A DNA stretch of 64,000 nucleotides from an uncultured Methanomassiliicoccales archaeon. GTDB taxonomy: Archaea; Thermoplasmatota; Thermoplasmata; Methanomassiliicoccales; UBA472. Positions 9,556-19,754 of the stretch are shown piece after piece. The notes under the pieces are model-generated. The model had not been told where the DNA came from and did no database searches. It saw only the letters and a list, made by a program, of their open reading frames with translations. The stretch covers positions 2,115,649-2,179,648 of the forward strand of contig OY968769.1 of NCBI GenBank assembly GCA_963695345.1, written 5' to 3'. Each line of letters opens with the position of its first letter. The stretch's first letter is position 1. A program made the position numbers and the translations under genes.

Positions 9556-10602
9556 ATGACCGCCGTACCGGGGTTCAGTGGTGAGATGGTCGAACAGTTT
9601 GATCTCCTGGTGATCGGCGGGGGCGTGGCGGGCATGAAGGCAGCCCTGGACTCGGCCCGGTCCGGGCTCAGGGTGGTCCTGGTGGAGAGGGAGAAAGAAC
9701 TGGGCGGTCTATCCAGGACACTGACCCATACGGTGTTGCGCGGGCCATCGCCATCGGAAAAGGTACGGAGCCTGATCGGCGAGGTTGGGAACGAGGGCAA
9801 CATCAGGCTGATGCTGGGTCATCACATAGGGAGTATTGCCCGGGAAGGGGCCGCGGTCAAGGCCATCATCGCCGATGTCAATGGGCCTCTTCAGGAGATC
9901 GAGGCCAGGGCCGTCCTGATCGCCACTGGAATGGAGCCTATCGATGCCAAGGCGATCCCGGAATATGGGGCCGGCAGGCTCGACGGGGTCCTCACATCCC
10001 TGGGATTCGAGGAGCTACTCTCAAAATGGGAGGAGGAAGGAAGGTCCGGGGCGGCGAGCGTGTCCTTCGTCCAATGCGTCGGTTCCCGGGTGGAAAAGCG
10101 GGGCGTTACTTACTGTTCCAACTATTGCTGCATGAACGCGGTCAAGGGGGCGATGAGGCTGAAGGTCCTCGACCCCCAGGTCCAGGTTCACGTCTTCTAC
10201 ATCGACATCAGGACCTGCGGCAGGGGGCAGGAGGCGGCCTATAAGGAAGCGCGACGCCTCGGCGTCCGCTTCATCCGGGGGCAGCCCGCGCTGGTGAGGG
10301 AGAAAAGCGGAAGACTGCTGGTCTGCGGGGAGAACACCTTACTGAACGAGCTCTACGAGATCCCGGCGGACGTGGTCGTACTGGATGTCGGCCTGCGGCT
10401 GTCCCAGGAGACGCTCCGATTGGCCGGGGACCTAGGTATGTGCCTGGACGAGGAGGGCCTGCTGTTCCTCGATGACTTTTCCGAAGGGACCGCGCCGGTC
10501 CTGACCGTCGGCTGCGCGGAAGCACCCAAGGACGTGGATTCGTGCCTGGACCAGGCCAGCGGCACTGCCAACAGGGTCGTTCGTTTCCTTGGCCAGCGCT
10601 GA
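9556..10602 (+). CDS. HdrA-like FAD-dependent oxidoreductase without ferredoxin domains
   Basis: DLLVIGGGVAGMKAALDSA is a GxGxxG dinucleotide fold, and YCSNYCCMNAVKG matches the HdrA-type CSxxCC motif. At 348 aa the protein is much shorter than canonical HdrA. Confidence 0.6.
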   Translation: MTAVPGFSGEMVEQFDLLVIGGGVAGMKAALDSARSGLRVVLVEREKELGGLSRTLTHTVLRGPSPSEKVRSLIGEVGNEGNIRLMLGHHIGSIAREGAAVKAIIADVNGPLQEIEARAVLIATGMEPIDAKAIPEYGAGRLDGVLTSLGFEELLSKWEEEGRSGAASVSFVQCVGSRVEKRGVTYCSNYCCMNAVKGAMRLKVLDPQVQVHVFYIDIRTCGRGQEAAYKEARRLGVRFIRGQPALVREKSGRLLVCGENTLLNELYEIPADVVVLDVGLRLSQETLRLAGDLGMCLDEEGLLFLDDFSEGTAPVLTVGCAEAPKDVDSCLDQASGTANRVVRFLGQR

Positions 10603-10608
10603 ATGCGC

Positions 10609-11106
10609 TCAGTATTCGGTCACCGGTCTCTTCGGCCGGACCTTATTGTCGCCCTCTGTCACGGAAACGGTCGGCGCCCGAGGGATTGTGGAGGCATCCT
10701 CTTCGACCACCGCGATCTGGTTGCCGTCCTGGTCTAGCAAAATGGCGATCAGACCGCCGATCCGCCGCTTCTCCGGTTTGACCGCAAACCTCACTCCCCT
10801 GTCCGTGAGCTTTCGGTGAAGGTCATAGATGCTCTCGGTCGCCAGTATGATACCGGTAGGTCCACCCGGCCTTCTTCCGTCCTTATCGGGGACATACAGC
10901 GATATCCGGCCCAGATTGCCCACCGGACCCATTTCGACCCAGTTCTCCGACCGGTTGTCCCGCTGCACCGTAAGGCCCAGCGTGCCCTCGTAGAACGACA
11001 CCGCGCCTGCCAGGTCCCTGACCGGTATGGCGACGGTCGAAACACCGAGCAGAATGCCCCGGTTGTCATATTGGGTATCTCCCCCCATGGGGTCTCCGAG
11101 AGGCAT
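10609..11106 (-). CDS. VOC (glyoxalase/bleomycin-resistance) family protein
   Basis: AIPVRDLAGAVSFYEGTLGL and LLDQDGNQIAVVE fit the paired beta-alpha-beta-beta-beta module pattern of the family. Confidence 0.6.
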   Translation of the reverse strand: MPLGDPMGGDTQYDNRGILLGVSTVAIPVRDLAGAVSFYEGTLGLTVQRDNRSENWVEMGPVGNLGRISLYVPDKDGRRPGGPTGIILATESIYDLHRKLTDRGVRFAVKPEKRRIGGLIAILLDQDGNQIAVVEEDASTIPRAPTVSVTEGDNKVRPKRPVTEY

Positions 11107-11248
11107 GAACGTCCATTCGGTTCGACCTTATTTAATGTTGCTGGCAAATCCTGCGGCAGCTCGAACCGCGGTCTTCGGCATGTGCATCCTATTTAACGAG
11201 GACGAACCTTTATGTTCGCCCGATTCCCATGGAATCCTAGGCTTTTGA

Positions 11249-11929
11249 ATGGGACTGAACAAAGAACACGTCCAAATGAGGAGATGGGACGATACCTACT
11301 ACTCGACCTTGGATTACTTCGGCACGGGGGTAAGCCAGCTCGGAAGGCATGCCCTGATCATTTTTCAGAGCCATGAGGCCAGAAGGATCCTGCAGCTCGG
11401 CTGCGGGCCAGGCTATGACACGATCTACCTGGCCCAGAATGGTATGCAAGTGACCGGGATGGATTATTCCGAGACAGCTCTTTGCAAGATAAGGGAGGAT
11501 AGGATATCGAAGGGTTTGGAGGGTTCGATCGTGCTCAAGGTGGGTGATGCCAGAAACGGGCTTCCGTTCGATGACGAGGCGTTCGATGGCTGCTATTCCC
11601 ACATGTTCTTCACCATGCAATTCCCGGAAAAGGAGCTGTTCTTCATCTTCTCCGAGGTCCTCAGAGTGCTGAAGCCCGGGGGACTTAACGTTTATTCCGT
11701 CCGAAATGTGAGCGATCCGCACTTCGGCATCGGAAGACACCTCGGGGAGGGCATGTGGCAGAACCCGCTCGGGTTCGTGGTCCATTTCTTCGACGAGGAT
11801 AAGGTAAGGCGACTGGCCAAAGGATATGATCTGCTCTGGATCAAGGAGTTCGACGATCCTTCACCACCGTTTACCAAGAAGCTCTTCGAGGTGGCCCTGC
11901 AGAAACCCAAGAAAGCGGAAAATAAATGA
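11249..11929 (+). CDS. class I SAM-dependent methyltransferase
   Basis: ILQLGCGPGYDTIYLAQNGMQVTGMDYS covers motif I and post-I; LKPGGLNVY is motif III-like. Confidence 0.7.
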   Translation: MGLNKEHVQMRRWDDTYYSTLDYFGTGVSQLGRHALIIFQSHEARRILQLGCGPGYDTIYLAQNGMQVTGMDYSETALCKIREDRISKGLEGSIVLKVGDARNGLPFDDEAFDGCYSHMFFTMQFPEKELFFIFSEVLRVLKPGGLNVYSVRNVSDPHFGIGRHLGEGMWQNPLGFVVHFFDEDKVRRLAKGYDLLWIKEFDDPSPPFTKKLFEVALQKPKKAENK

Positions 11930-11987
11930 ACGGGGGATGAAACCCCTCAACAATCTTCAGTTCAATCATGATATGGGGCCTGCCCAA

Positions 11988-13283
11988 TCATTCTGTGTAG
12001 GTGTTCGAGCACCAGTAGGTGACCTTGTGGGATCGGATGGCGGTGTTCGGGTCGCTCACCATCTCGAAACTTGCCGGAGGCTCCACCGAGGCGGATCTGG
12101 TCTCAAGCAGGTACCTGCCTTTCACGGTCGAGTGGGTGGACAGGTCCCTGTCAATGGTCTCCAGGTCTAGTTGGGGTCTTGCGGCAGGACCGGAACGTTC
12201 GATGACCACGCCCAGGTCCTTGTTGGCGTAATGGTCTTCGATGGTCCGGATGTTCCAGTCGATGGATACCGGTGTGACCGATGGGTTGCGGTCCCGGATC
12301 AGCCATCCCTCACCGGACCGGGCGAGCTCTCCGCGACCGGGGATGCCCTCGAAATCGGATAGCATTTCGGTGATCTTCTTTGGCGACAGTCCCACCGCCG
12401 AAGCCACCCCCGCCGCCGCCGAAACCGCCGTGGTGTAGGAAGGGGCCAGATATGTCGCCGGCATCGTGAACGGGAAATCTCCTTTCTTGACGTTGAGCCA
12501 GCACTTGGGCTTGTTGCCGAACTTCATCCCCTTTTCGAACGAGACGTTGATGTCCCCGAACTCCCCGAACTCGATGACCTGGGTCCCCTTCGGGATGAAG
12601 ACCTTCCACATGTTGATCTCGGGATGTCTCAGCACCAGCGTTCCCTTGGTGGATTTGACCATCTGGATGATCCCATCCACCGCCCTGCGGGTGCCGGCGG
12701 CGATGGGATAGTTGTCCCCCGATGCCGTGGTGACCACCCCGATATTCGCCAATCCGGTCCCTCCCAGGTTGCATTCGAACACCCCCCTGGTCCATTCTCC
12801 TTCCATGAACGACAAACGCAATAACGTCGCCGGGGAGATCATGGCGTCACGTTCCAGCAATGTCACCGTCTCTCCGACCGAGAACAGGCCGCGAGACGTC
12901 AGCAACAGCACCTTCTCTCCCTTCTTCTTCAGGATATGGGAGATGGCATGGCAGGCAGAGGTCTTGGCCTTGGTACCGGTGACCTCTATGGTCGGGTAAT
13001 TGAAATGGGCCAGCTCTCCGACCGCCCGGTGGAAGGTGATCTTCTGCTCATACTTCGCCCGGCCAAGATAATGATCGGGACAATGGACCGGCACTACCGC
13101 CAGATCATATTTCTTCGAGGGGGTCGTTCTCACGACGGCCACGCCCTCGTTGCGCAAATGGTCGATCATATACTGTTCCGCGGTCCCATAGACGTCTACC
13201 GCGGTCACCTCCTCCCCCCGCGACCTATAGGTCAAGGCGAGGACGTCCCCTCCGTGGGTCAGATCGAGCACCAACACGTTCAT
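11988..13283 (-). CDS. cfbE: Mur-ligase-like protein, probable coenzyme F430 synthase
   Basis: The N-terminus MNVLVLDLTHGGDVLA and the P-loop-like TGTKAKTS fit my recollection of CfbE proteins, and the size (431 aa) also fits. The assignment is from memory and has not been searched. Confidence 0.5.
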   Translation of the reverse strand: MNVLVLDLTHGGDVLALTYRSRGEEVTAVDVYGTAEQYMIDHLRNEGVAVVRTTPSKKYDLAVVPVHCPDHYLGRAKYEQKITFHRAVGELAHFNYPTIEVTGTKAKTSACHAISHILKKKGEKVLLLTSRGLFSVGETVTLLERDAMISPATLLRLSFMEGEWTRGVFECNLGGTGLANIGVVTTASGDNYPIAAGTRRAVDGIIQMVKSTKGTLVLRHPEINMWKVFIPKGTQVIEFGEFGDINVSFEKGMKFGNKPKCWLNVKKGDFPFTMPATYLAPSYTTAVSAAAGVASAVGLSPKKITEMLSDFEGIPGRGELARSGEGWLIRDRNPSVTPVSIDWNIRTIEDHYANKDLGVVIERSGPAARPQLDLETIDRDLSTHSTVKGRYLLETRSASVEPPASFEMVSDPNTAIRSHKVTYWCSNTYTE

Positions 13284-13442
13284 CTATCGAGTCTCCAGGC
13301 GGTCGCGATGGTAGTGCATGATTATAAAAAGGTCGCCACAAGCGTTGTCGTACCAGCTCTAGAGACTTTTCTCCTGCCAACATTCGTAGCCATCAGATCA
13401 AGGCGACAGTTCTGGCGATCATATGTCCTTCATCGTTCGCCA

Positions 13443-14249
13443 TCACCATAGTCCGTAGAAAGGGCCGAAGAGGAAGAAGGCCACAACTCCGATGGTGTTG
13501 CTCAATCCGTGGGCCAGGACCGCCCCCCAGAGGTTGTTGTACTTCAGTTTGACCAGGCTGAAGAAGACCGCATCAAGCCCGGTGACCACGATCCCGATCA
13601 GACCCTGTTCCATATGGGCAATCCCAAACAAAATGGAGGTGATCCCTATCGCCATCAGGATGCCCGTCCTGTTGTTTCCCAACAGATCAAGGATCCGGAC
13701 CTGCAGGAAACCCCGATAGACGATCTCCTCCCCGATGGCAGCCAGCGTCCAGCTTGCCAACAGAAGGAAAACCAGGTCTCCAAGATTGCCCTTGAGGTCT
13801 ACGAAAGCGCTGAGATCCTGGGTGCTCCCGGTCAGATGGTTCATCAGCGGCATGGTCAAGGCCTGGTGTAATAACGTCCAGGCCATGACCATTATGAAGA
13901 TGACAGTGATCATCCTCAAGGGGCGCTCCAACTTCCTGAAGCCGAGCGAACCTAAACCCTGTTTGCGTGCGACCAGGGATATCGCGCATATTCCCAAGAT
14001 GACGATGGTGGGGATGAACAGGTCCAGGACAATCACGGTCATGGCCAGAGCCAATTCGAGTAAGGTGATGACCTTCCAGAACACATCGCGGTCCATTATA
14101 TCGTCAAGACCCAAAAACATGATTGATTCTTTATATTTTCCGAGATGGATGGGATATGGGGTGAATTCCGGATTATTCCGATGCTCGATCATTGGCATGG
14201 TCTGGCGATAACCATGGGTTAGAATTGACCAATTGTGACCTTCGACCAA
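13443..14249 (-). CDS. CPBP (CAAX/Abi) family intramembrane metalloprotease
   Basis: The family motifs EEIVYRGF, FGIAHM and HGLSN occur within a polytopic membrane protein. Confidence 0.7.
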   Translation of the reverse strand: MVEGHNWSILTHGYRQTMPMIEHRNNPEFTPYPIHLGKYKESIMFLGLDDIMDRDVFWKVITLLELALAMTVIVLDLFIPTIVILGICAISLVARKQGLGSLGFRKLERPLRMITVIFIMVMAWTLLHQALTMPLMNHLTGSTQDLSAFVDLKGNLGDLVFLLLASWTLAAIGEEIVYRGFLQVRILDLLGNNRTGILMAIGITSILFGIAHMEQGLIGIVVTGLDAVFFSLVKLKYNNLWGAVLAHGLSNTIGVVAFFLFGPFYGLW

Positions 14250-14269
14250 ATTCTATGTCCACCCTCGAT

Positions 14270-15900
14270 GGCAAACGGTTTCGAGCACCCGGTCGATCAT
14301 GGATGGTTCATTTTCAGGGCACGTTCTTGGAGAACACGTCAAATCCCAGGCTTCTGCCCAGTTCCTTGGCGGTGCGCGGCACATCGGCCAGCTGCCCTCC
14401 CCCTTCGTATTGGATCCAGTATGTGCGGGACAGTTCGTCCAGCGCCTCCAAGGGGGTCACGCCGGACATGGAGCCATCCGAGAGCATCGCCTCTATCCTG
14501 GTATAGGCCCGGATCGACAGGAACGCCGTGAACATATGGCCGTCGATGGTCTCCCGGTCCACCAGGAACTCCCGGTCTTGGCCCATGGTCTTGCGGTATT
14601 CCGCGAAAAGCCGGTCTATGGCATCCCTTCGGCGGTATAGGCGGTAGATGTCCTCTTCGGCCCCGTCCTTGTCCGAGGCCATCATGATGCATCCGGCGAT
14701 ATGGCTCCGGTCCACGACGCTCTGCTCGGCGAGCCGTTTCTCATCCAGCATGCGGTACAGGGTCATCTCCTCCTCCATTTTCAGCTGGGCGTCCTGGTAG
14801 AGGTAAAGCCACATGCCCTTGTGCTGCCTTTTGCCGCACTTGATGAGATGCTTGTCATGAAAGAAATGCCTTGCCAGGGGGATGTCCAGCTCGTAGAGGT
14901 CGCTGTCCCGGTTGACCGGCAGGACAAAGGAGGCATGCCGCTGCAATAGCAGAGAGACCAAATCCTCCGAGAAGGAGTCCCTTTCCAGAACCATGGTTAT
15001 GCCCTCCCCACCGATATCGTTGAGGAGCTTGTGCATCGGACCAGGCTCCCCGACCGGGTTGGACAGCGTCCGCACCATGGTGGGTGCGCCAGTGTCAGCT
15101 GAGAAAATCATTGCCAGGTTTATCTTCTGCAGCAGACCCGACTCCTCCGGGCTGCGGCCGATGAGGTCCGTCTGCTCGGAACGGGTGAAATTGGCCGACA
15201 TGCCGTAGACCACCTCGTCACCGGCAACGCACATGCCGTTGAACACCTTCGCCTGGGCCTTCTTGTCCTGCCCGACCCGGCGGAGCATCTCGGCCAGTCG
15301 TTTCGGCGTCAGGTCAGGCTTGATCCCGGGAATGTTATACAGTTTATCCCATGCGTTCTGCGCCCTGCGCAAGGGAACGTCGCCGAGCACCCTGACCATT
15401 GCCAGGGCATACAGCTCCTGCCAATCATCTGGGAATGCGGAACGGATCTGTTCCAGGATATCTGACATGGAGCGGTTGAGGAGGACAGCGTTTCCATACT
15501 GTTTCACCACCCTTTCGTTGGCGGGGACCAGCACGCTCTCCTTCTCCTGAAGCCCCTTCGTCTCGTCCAGGCGACCAATGTACTTGGACCTCTTCTTCCG
15601 CTTCTTCTCTTCCTTGTCCCAAACCGTGGTGGAGCGATAGACGTAGTACGAGGAACCGATCTTCTTGATCTCGAGCCCCTTGGTGCCCTGTTCCCTCTGC
15701 CCTTTCAACCAATTCGCCGCCCACTCGTCCATCGGTACAAGATAGGGTATAAATGATATTAAACAATTACTCGATGGCGATGAATCCAGCATATTTATCA
15801 TTGCGACAATGGAATCCCTAATTATTCCCTACTATTGGGGCAAATCATTTATATTTAGGGTGGTAATCGACGACCTCGAACGGAATCTTAGGGGATTCAC
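14270..15900 (-). mobile_element. putative insertion sequence carrying the transposase; ends unresolved
   Basis: Only a weak inverted match was seen between about 14273-14300 (CGGTTTCGAGCACCCGGTCGAT) and about 15872-15893 (reverse complement CCGTTCGAGGTCGTCGAT). No clear target-site duplication is visible. Confidence 0.3.
14314..15732 (-). CDS. DDE transposase (IS4/IS1634-like)
   Basis: The N-terminal KKIGSSYYVYRSTTVWDKEEKKRKKRSKYIGRLD pattern recalls archaeal IS1634-type transposases. The large ORF is unrelated to either flanking operon. Start taken at MDEWAANW; the ORF is open up to 15801. Confidence 0.55.
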   Translation of the reverse strand: MDEWAANWLKGQREQGTKGLEIKKIGSSYYVYRSTTVWDKEEKKRKKRSKYIGRLDETKGLQEKESVLVPANERVVKQYGNAVLLNRSMSDILEQIRSAFPDDWQELYALAMVRVLGDVPLRRAQNAWDKLYNIPGIKPDLTPKRLAEMLRRVGQDKKAQAKVFNGMCVAGDEVVYGMSANFTRSEQTDLIGRSPEESGLLQKINLAMIFSADTGAPTMVRTLSNPVGEPGPMHKLLNDIGGEGITMVLERDSFSEDLVSLLLQRHASFVLPVNRDSDLYELDIPLARHFFHDKHLIKCGKRQHKGMWLYLYQDAQLKMEEEMTLYRMLDEKRLAEQSVVDRSHIAGCIMMASDKDGAEEDIYRLYRRRDAIDRLFAEYRKTMGQDREFLVDRETIDGHMFTAFLSIRAYTRIEAMLSDGSMSGVTPLEALDELSRTYWIQYEGGGQLADVPRTAKELGRSLGFDVFSKNVP

Positions 15901-15903
15901 AAA

Positions 15904-16845
15904 ATGGCAACCTCACGCAAATTGATGGCATTGACCGTGATCGCAGTCCTGCTGGTGGCCGGCCTCGGTGCGGTCGTCGTACTCTCATTGAACAATAACA
16001 ATAACGGCTCAAAAGCGGTCGATCAGTCGACGACCATAAGCGTCATCGATGACCGGGGTGTGAACGTGACCGTCACGAAATATCCCCAGCACATACTGTC
16101 GCTGGGAACCGCCTTCACTGAGTGCCTGTACGCCATCGGCGCCCAGGACCAGATCGTCGGCGTGGACAGCACCAGCAAATACCCAGCGGAGGTTTCCAAC
16201 AAGACCAACATCGGGAGCGCCTACACCATCAACCTGGAGAACGTGACCATGCTCCAGCCCGACCTCATCATTATGTGGAAGTCATACACCACATCGCTGA
16301 ACGCATTGGTCAACCTGAACATGACCGTCATCGCTTTCGACCCGCAGTCGGTGGCCGACGTTGAGAAGATGATCAACCTGCTCGGGAACGTCACCGGCAA
16401 AACCGGCGGGGCGAATCTGGTCGTCACCGACATGCAGGACCGCATCGCCGAGGTGCAGCAGAAGCTGGCCAACGAGACCACCAGGCCCGATGTTTACATG
16501 GAGCTGCTCAGCTCCGGCGGCAAGTCTCCCGGTCCAGGCACCATGACCGATAACGTGATCGGCATCGCCGGCGGGAACAACATCAACTCAAACACGACCG
16601 CCAGATATACCAAGCTCACCGCCGAGTATGTCATAGGCGAGGACCCGGAGTTCATCGTCCTGGAGATCCAGAACACCAAGACCAACGACCAGGTCAAGAA
16701 CACCACCGGGTACGGAACGATAAGCGCCGTTGTGAACGACAAGATCATGCGGGTCGATGGAGCGTGGCTCACCGCGTCGCCCAGGATCGTCCTGGCGGTC
16801 GAGGCGTTCGCCTCCTGGTTCCATCCGGAGCTCTTTCCAGCTTAA
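15904..16845 (+). CDS. ABC transporter substrate-binding protein (Fe-siderophore/cobalamin, BtuF/FepB class)
   Basis: An N-terminal membrane anchor (LMALTVIAVLLVAGLGAVVVL) is followed by a periplasmic-binding-protein-like domain. FecCD permease and ATPase genes follow directly. Confidence 0.7.
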   Translation: MATSRKLMALTVIAVLLVAGLGAVVVLSLNNNNNGSKAVDQSTTISVIDDRGVNVTVTKYPQHILSLGTAFTECLYAIGAQDQIVGVDSTSKYPAEVSNKTNIGSAYTINLENVTMLQPDLIIMWKSYTTSLNALVNLNMTVIAFDPQSVADVEKMINLLGNVTGKTGGANLVVTDMQDRIAEVQQKLANETTRPDVYMELLSSGGKSPGPGTMTDNVIGIAGGNNINSNTTARYTKLTAEYVIGEDPEFIVLEIQNTKTNDQVKNTTGYGTISAVVNDKIMRVDGAWLTASPRIVLAVEAFASWFHPELFPA

Positions 16846-16980
16846 TTGAATGCAGATGGGCGCGCGGCCGTTGCGCATCGTGGAGCTTCCCTTGCCTCCT
16901 TTGTTCCCACGATGCCTCCCGCCGTCCATTCCCCTTTTTCGCCACAGTTTATGAATGAGTAAGCGTTTGCAGGATGCGCG

Positions 16981-18057
16981 ATGACGATGGATCAGAAGGG
17001 CATCGAGGAGATGCACACCCAGAAGCTGCACCGGTGGTGGCTAACCATGGTGTTCCTGACACTGGCTCTATTCGCGGTCGCCATCGTGGCCATCGGGATC
17101 GGTTCGACGAGCATATCGCCGGACCGGATCATCGCCGCCATCTTCTCAAATGACCTGGTACGGGTGATGACCGGGCAGCACGCTTCCAATCCCATCAACG
17201 CTGTCGTGCTCGAGGTTCGGATGCCGCGGATCCTCATCGGGGCGTTGGTCGGTGCCTCGCTGGCCGTCGCCGGAACCGCCATGCAGGGCATATTCCGCAA
17301 TCCCATGGCCTCGCCGTACATCCTCGGGCTGTCCTCCGGCGCTGCGTTCGGCGCGTCGTTGGCAATCGTTCTGGGCTTCTCTGTGGTCAGCGGCGCTTTC
17401 GCCGTCCCGGCGATGGCGTTCATCTTCTGCTTCGTAACGCTGTTCATCGTCTACGGCATATCCGCCACCAAGATGGGAGTCCCGGTGACCACGCTCCTCC
17501 TCGCCGGGATCGCGGTCGGCTCGCTCTTCACCGCCCTGGTCTCCCTGATGAAGTACTTTTCCGGCGACAACCTAAGCTCCATCGTCTATTGGATGATGGG
17601 TGGCCTATGGGAAAGCAACTGGTCCCAGGTCTGGGTGACGATGCCCCTGGTGGTTCTTGGTTCCGCTGCCTTGCTGTTCTATAGCAAGGAGCTCAACCTC
17701 ATGATGGTCGGAGAGGAGCACGCCACCAACCTGGGGGTGAACGTCAGGCGCTCCCGTTTGATGATACTCATCCTGTCCTCCTTGGTCACCGCTGCGGCGG
17801 TCTCGGTCAGCGGGGTCATCGGATTCGTTGGTCTCATCGTACCTCACACCCTGCGCATCATCCTGGGTCCGGACAATCGCATACTCATGCCCGCATCCAT
17901 CGTGGGCGGGGCGGCGTTCATGATCGGTATGGACTCGATCGCCCGGACCATCCTGTCGCCGGCAGAACTACCGGTCGGCATCATCACCGCGCTATTGGGA
18001 GCGCCGTTCTTCCTCTGGCTGCTGCGGGCGCGCAAGCGTGACATTTGGGGGTGGTAG
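16981..18057 (+). CDS. FecCD/BtuC-family ABC transporter permease
   Basis: GVIGFVGLIVPHTLRIILG and the C-terminal LGAPFFLWLL are typical FecCD motifs. Confidence 0.8.
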   Translation: MTMDQKGIEEMHTQKLHRWWLTMVFLTLALFAVAIVAIGIGSTSISPDRIIAAIFSNDLVRVMTGQHASNPINAVVLEVRMPRILIGALVGASLAVAGTAMQGIFRNPMASPYILGLSSGAAFGASLAIVLGFSVVSGAFAVPAMAFIFCFVTLFIVYGISATKMGVPVTTLLLAGIAVGSLFTALVSLMKYFSGDNLSSIVYWMMGGLWESNWSQVWVTMPLVVLGSAALLFYSKELNLMMVGEEHATNLGVNVRRSRLMILILSSLVTAAAVSVSGVIGFVGLIVPHTLRIILGPDNRILMPASIVGGAAFMIGMDSIARTILSPAELPVGIITALLGAPFFLWLLRARKRDIWGW

Positions 18058-18067
18058 GTTGGAACTG

Positions 18068-18864
18068 ATGGTGGACGGGGTCACCTTCAACTATACCAGC
18101 GTTCCAGTGTTGGACGGGGTATCCTTCGATGCCAGGGGTGGAGAGGTCATCGGCATCATTGGCCACAACGGCTGCGGCAAGACCACGTTGCTCAAATGCA
18201 TCAACCTGGCGCTCCACCCCGGGTCGGGCGTGGTCAGGATCGACGGCAAGGACACCCTCAGGATGTCTCGGAAGGACATCGCAAAGGAGGTCGGAGTGGT
18301 CGCGCAGAACACGGTCATCACCTTCCCCTTCACCGTCCTGGACATGGTCCTGATGGGCCGCTTCCCTTCCCTGGAACGGTTCGCCAACGAGTCCAAGGAC
18401 GACCTGAGGATCGCCATGGAGGCCATGGACGCGACCAGCGTTACCTACCTTGCCTCGAGGCCCATCGACGAGATCAGCGGCGGAGAACGGCAGCGGGTCA
18501 TAATCGCCCGGGCATTGGCTCAGCAACCTAGGGCATTGCTCCTCGACGAACCGACACTCCATCTGGACATCAATCATCAGTTCGAACTGATGGAGCTGAT
18601 CAGATCCCTGGCGAAAGAAAAGGGACTTCTGGTCATCATCGTGTCCCACGATCTGAACCTGGCCGCCCGCTACTGCGACAAGCTGATAGCGTTGGACGAA
18701 GGCAAGATCGCCGCCGCGGGGCGGTGGGCGAAGTGCTCACGCCGGAGAACCTGGCCAAGGTGTTCAATATCCGGGCCGACGTCCGTTTCGATCAACGGGT
18801 CAGTTCATACGAGATAACAATTTTGGGAACGATCCCAAGGGAAGAAGAACACCGTCTGTCGTGA
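18068..18864 (+). pseudogene. FepC/BtuD-type ABC ATPase, C-terminal frame disruption
   Basis: ABC motifs GHNGCGKTTLLK, ISGGERQRV and LLLDEPT are present. After ...GKIAAAG the conserved tail AVGEVLTPENLAKVFNIRADVRFDQ... continues in another frame to a TGA at 18862-18864. The frame change is at the G-run 18717-18720. Confidence 0.75.
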
Positions 18865-19310
18865 GACGTTGGTAATTGGTCAGCCTAACATTGGAATTAA
18901 GGACCAGAGCTTAAAATCATCAATAGACGAATGAATGGTCATATTGAGGGAAGCAGGACAACCCGGATTTTGGAAAATGAAAAAAATTCCCTAACTCAAC
19001 AATTAGCTTTTTAAAAAATTCTGTATCCGACCATGGCGAAAAGACCAGGCCACATCACGGTCTAGAATCGTTTTCAGACGCGGATGGGAAGCGATCGATC
19101 TAGCGGTCCACGACCTGGGGCCAATCGACCTCGTTTCCACTTTAATGCGAAGGGAGAATCTAGCTCAAATATCCTTATTTGAGATGATTAGAAATTGGGT
19201 TGAAAAATGGAAAAACTGTGTCGAAGAACCCCATATTGGCAAGGCATCCTTCAACACATAAGGGATAGTTGAATCCGGGCTCGATCCTAACGGTTGATCC
19301 TCAGATCCGA

Positions 19311-19754
19311 TCAGTAGCTGCTACCCTGCATCTTCATGAGAAGCTCGAGTTCAGTTATGTGCTCCTGCTCTTCCATGAGGATGTGCCTGATATCATGCTC
19401 CAACAGAAAGTCGTAGTACTGGATCTTCTCCGTCCTTAGCTTTTCAATGATCATCCGGTATGTATCCACGGCTTCTTTCTCGGCCTTCAGGTTCAGTTCC
19501 AGAATCTCCTTTAGGGTGGTGGCCGGGTACGTTGGGGCCATGCCCATGCTCGGCACCCCGCCGAGCGCACCGATCAAGGTTCTGAACTTCTCTTGATGCG
19601 CCTTCTCATCTTCTGCAATCTCTTTCAGCCTGGCGATAATTGGCTCCGCGTTCTCCCCCTCCACGACCTCGGCGTGACTGAGGTATTGAATGTGTGCGGC
19701 ATGTTCTAGGTCCAGCGCATGATTCAGCATATCTAATATCTCTTGCTTGCTCAT
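19311..19754 (-). CDS. ferritin-like diiron four-helix-bundle protein
   Basis: Glu/His pairs recur on four helices: LDLEHAAHIQY, EDEKAHQEKF, EKEAVDTY and EEQEHITEL. Confidence 0.6.
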   Translation of the reverse strand: MSKQEILDMLNHALDLEHAAHIQYLSHAEVVEGENAEPIIARLKEIAEDEKAHQEKFRTLIGALGGVPSMGMAPTYPATTLKEILELNLKAEKEAVDTYRMIIEKLRTEKIQYYDFLLEHDIRHILMEEQEHITELELLMKMQGSSY

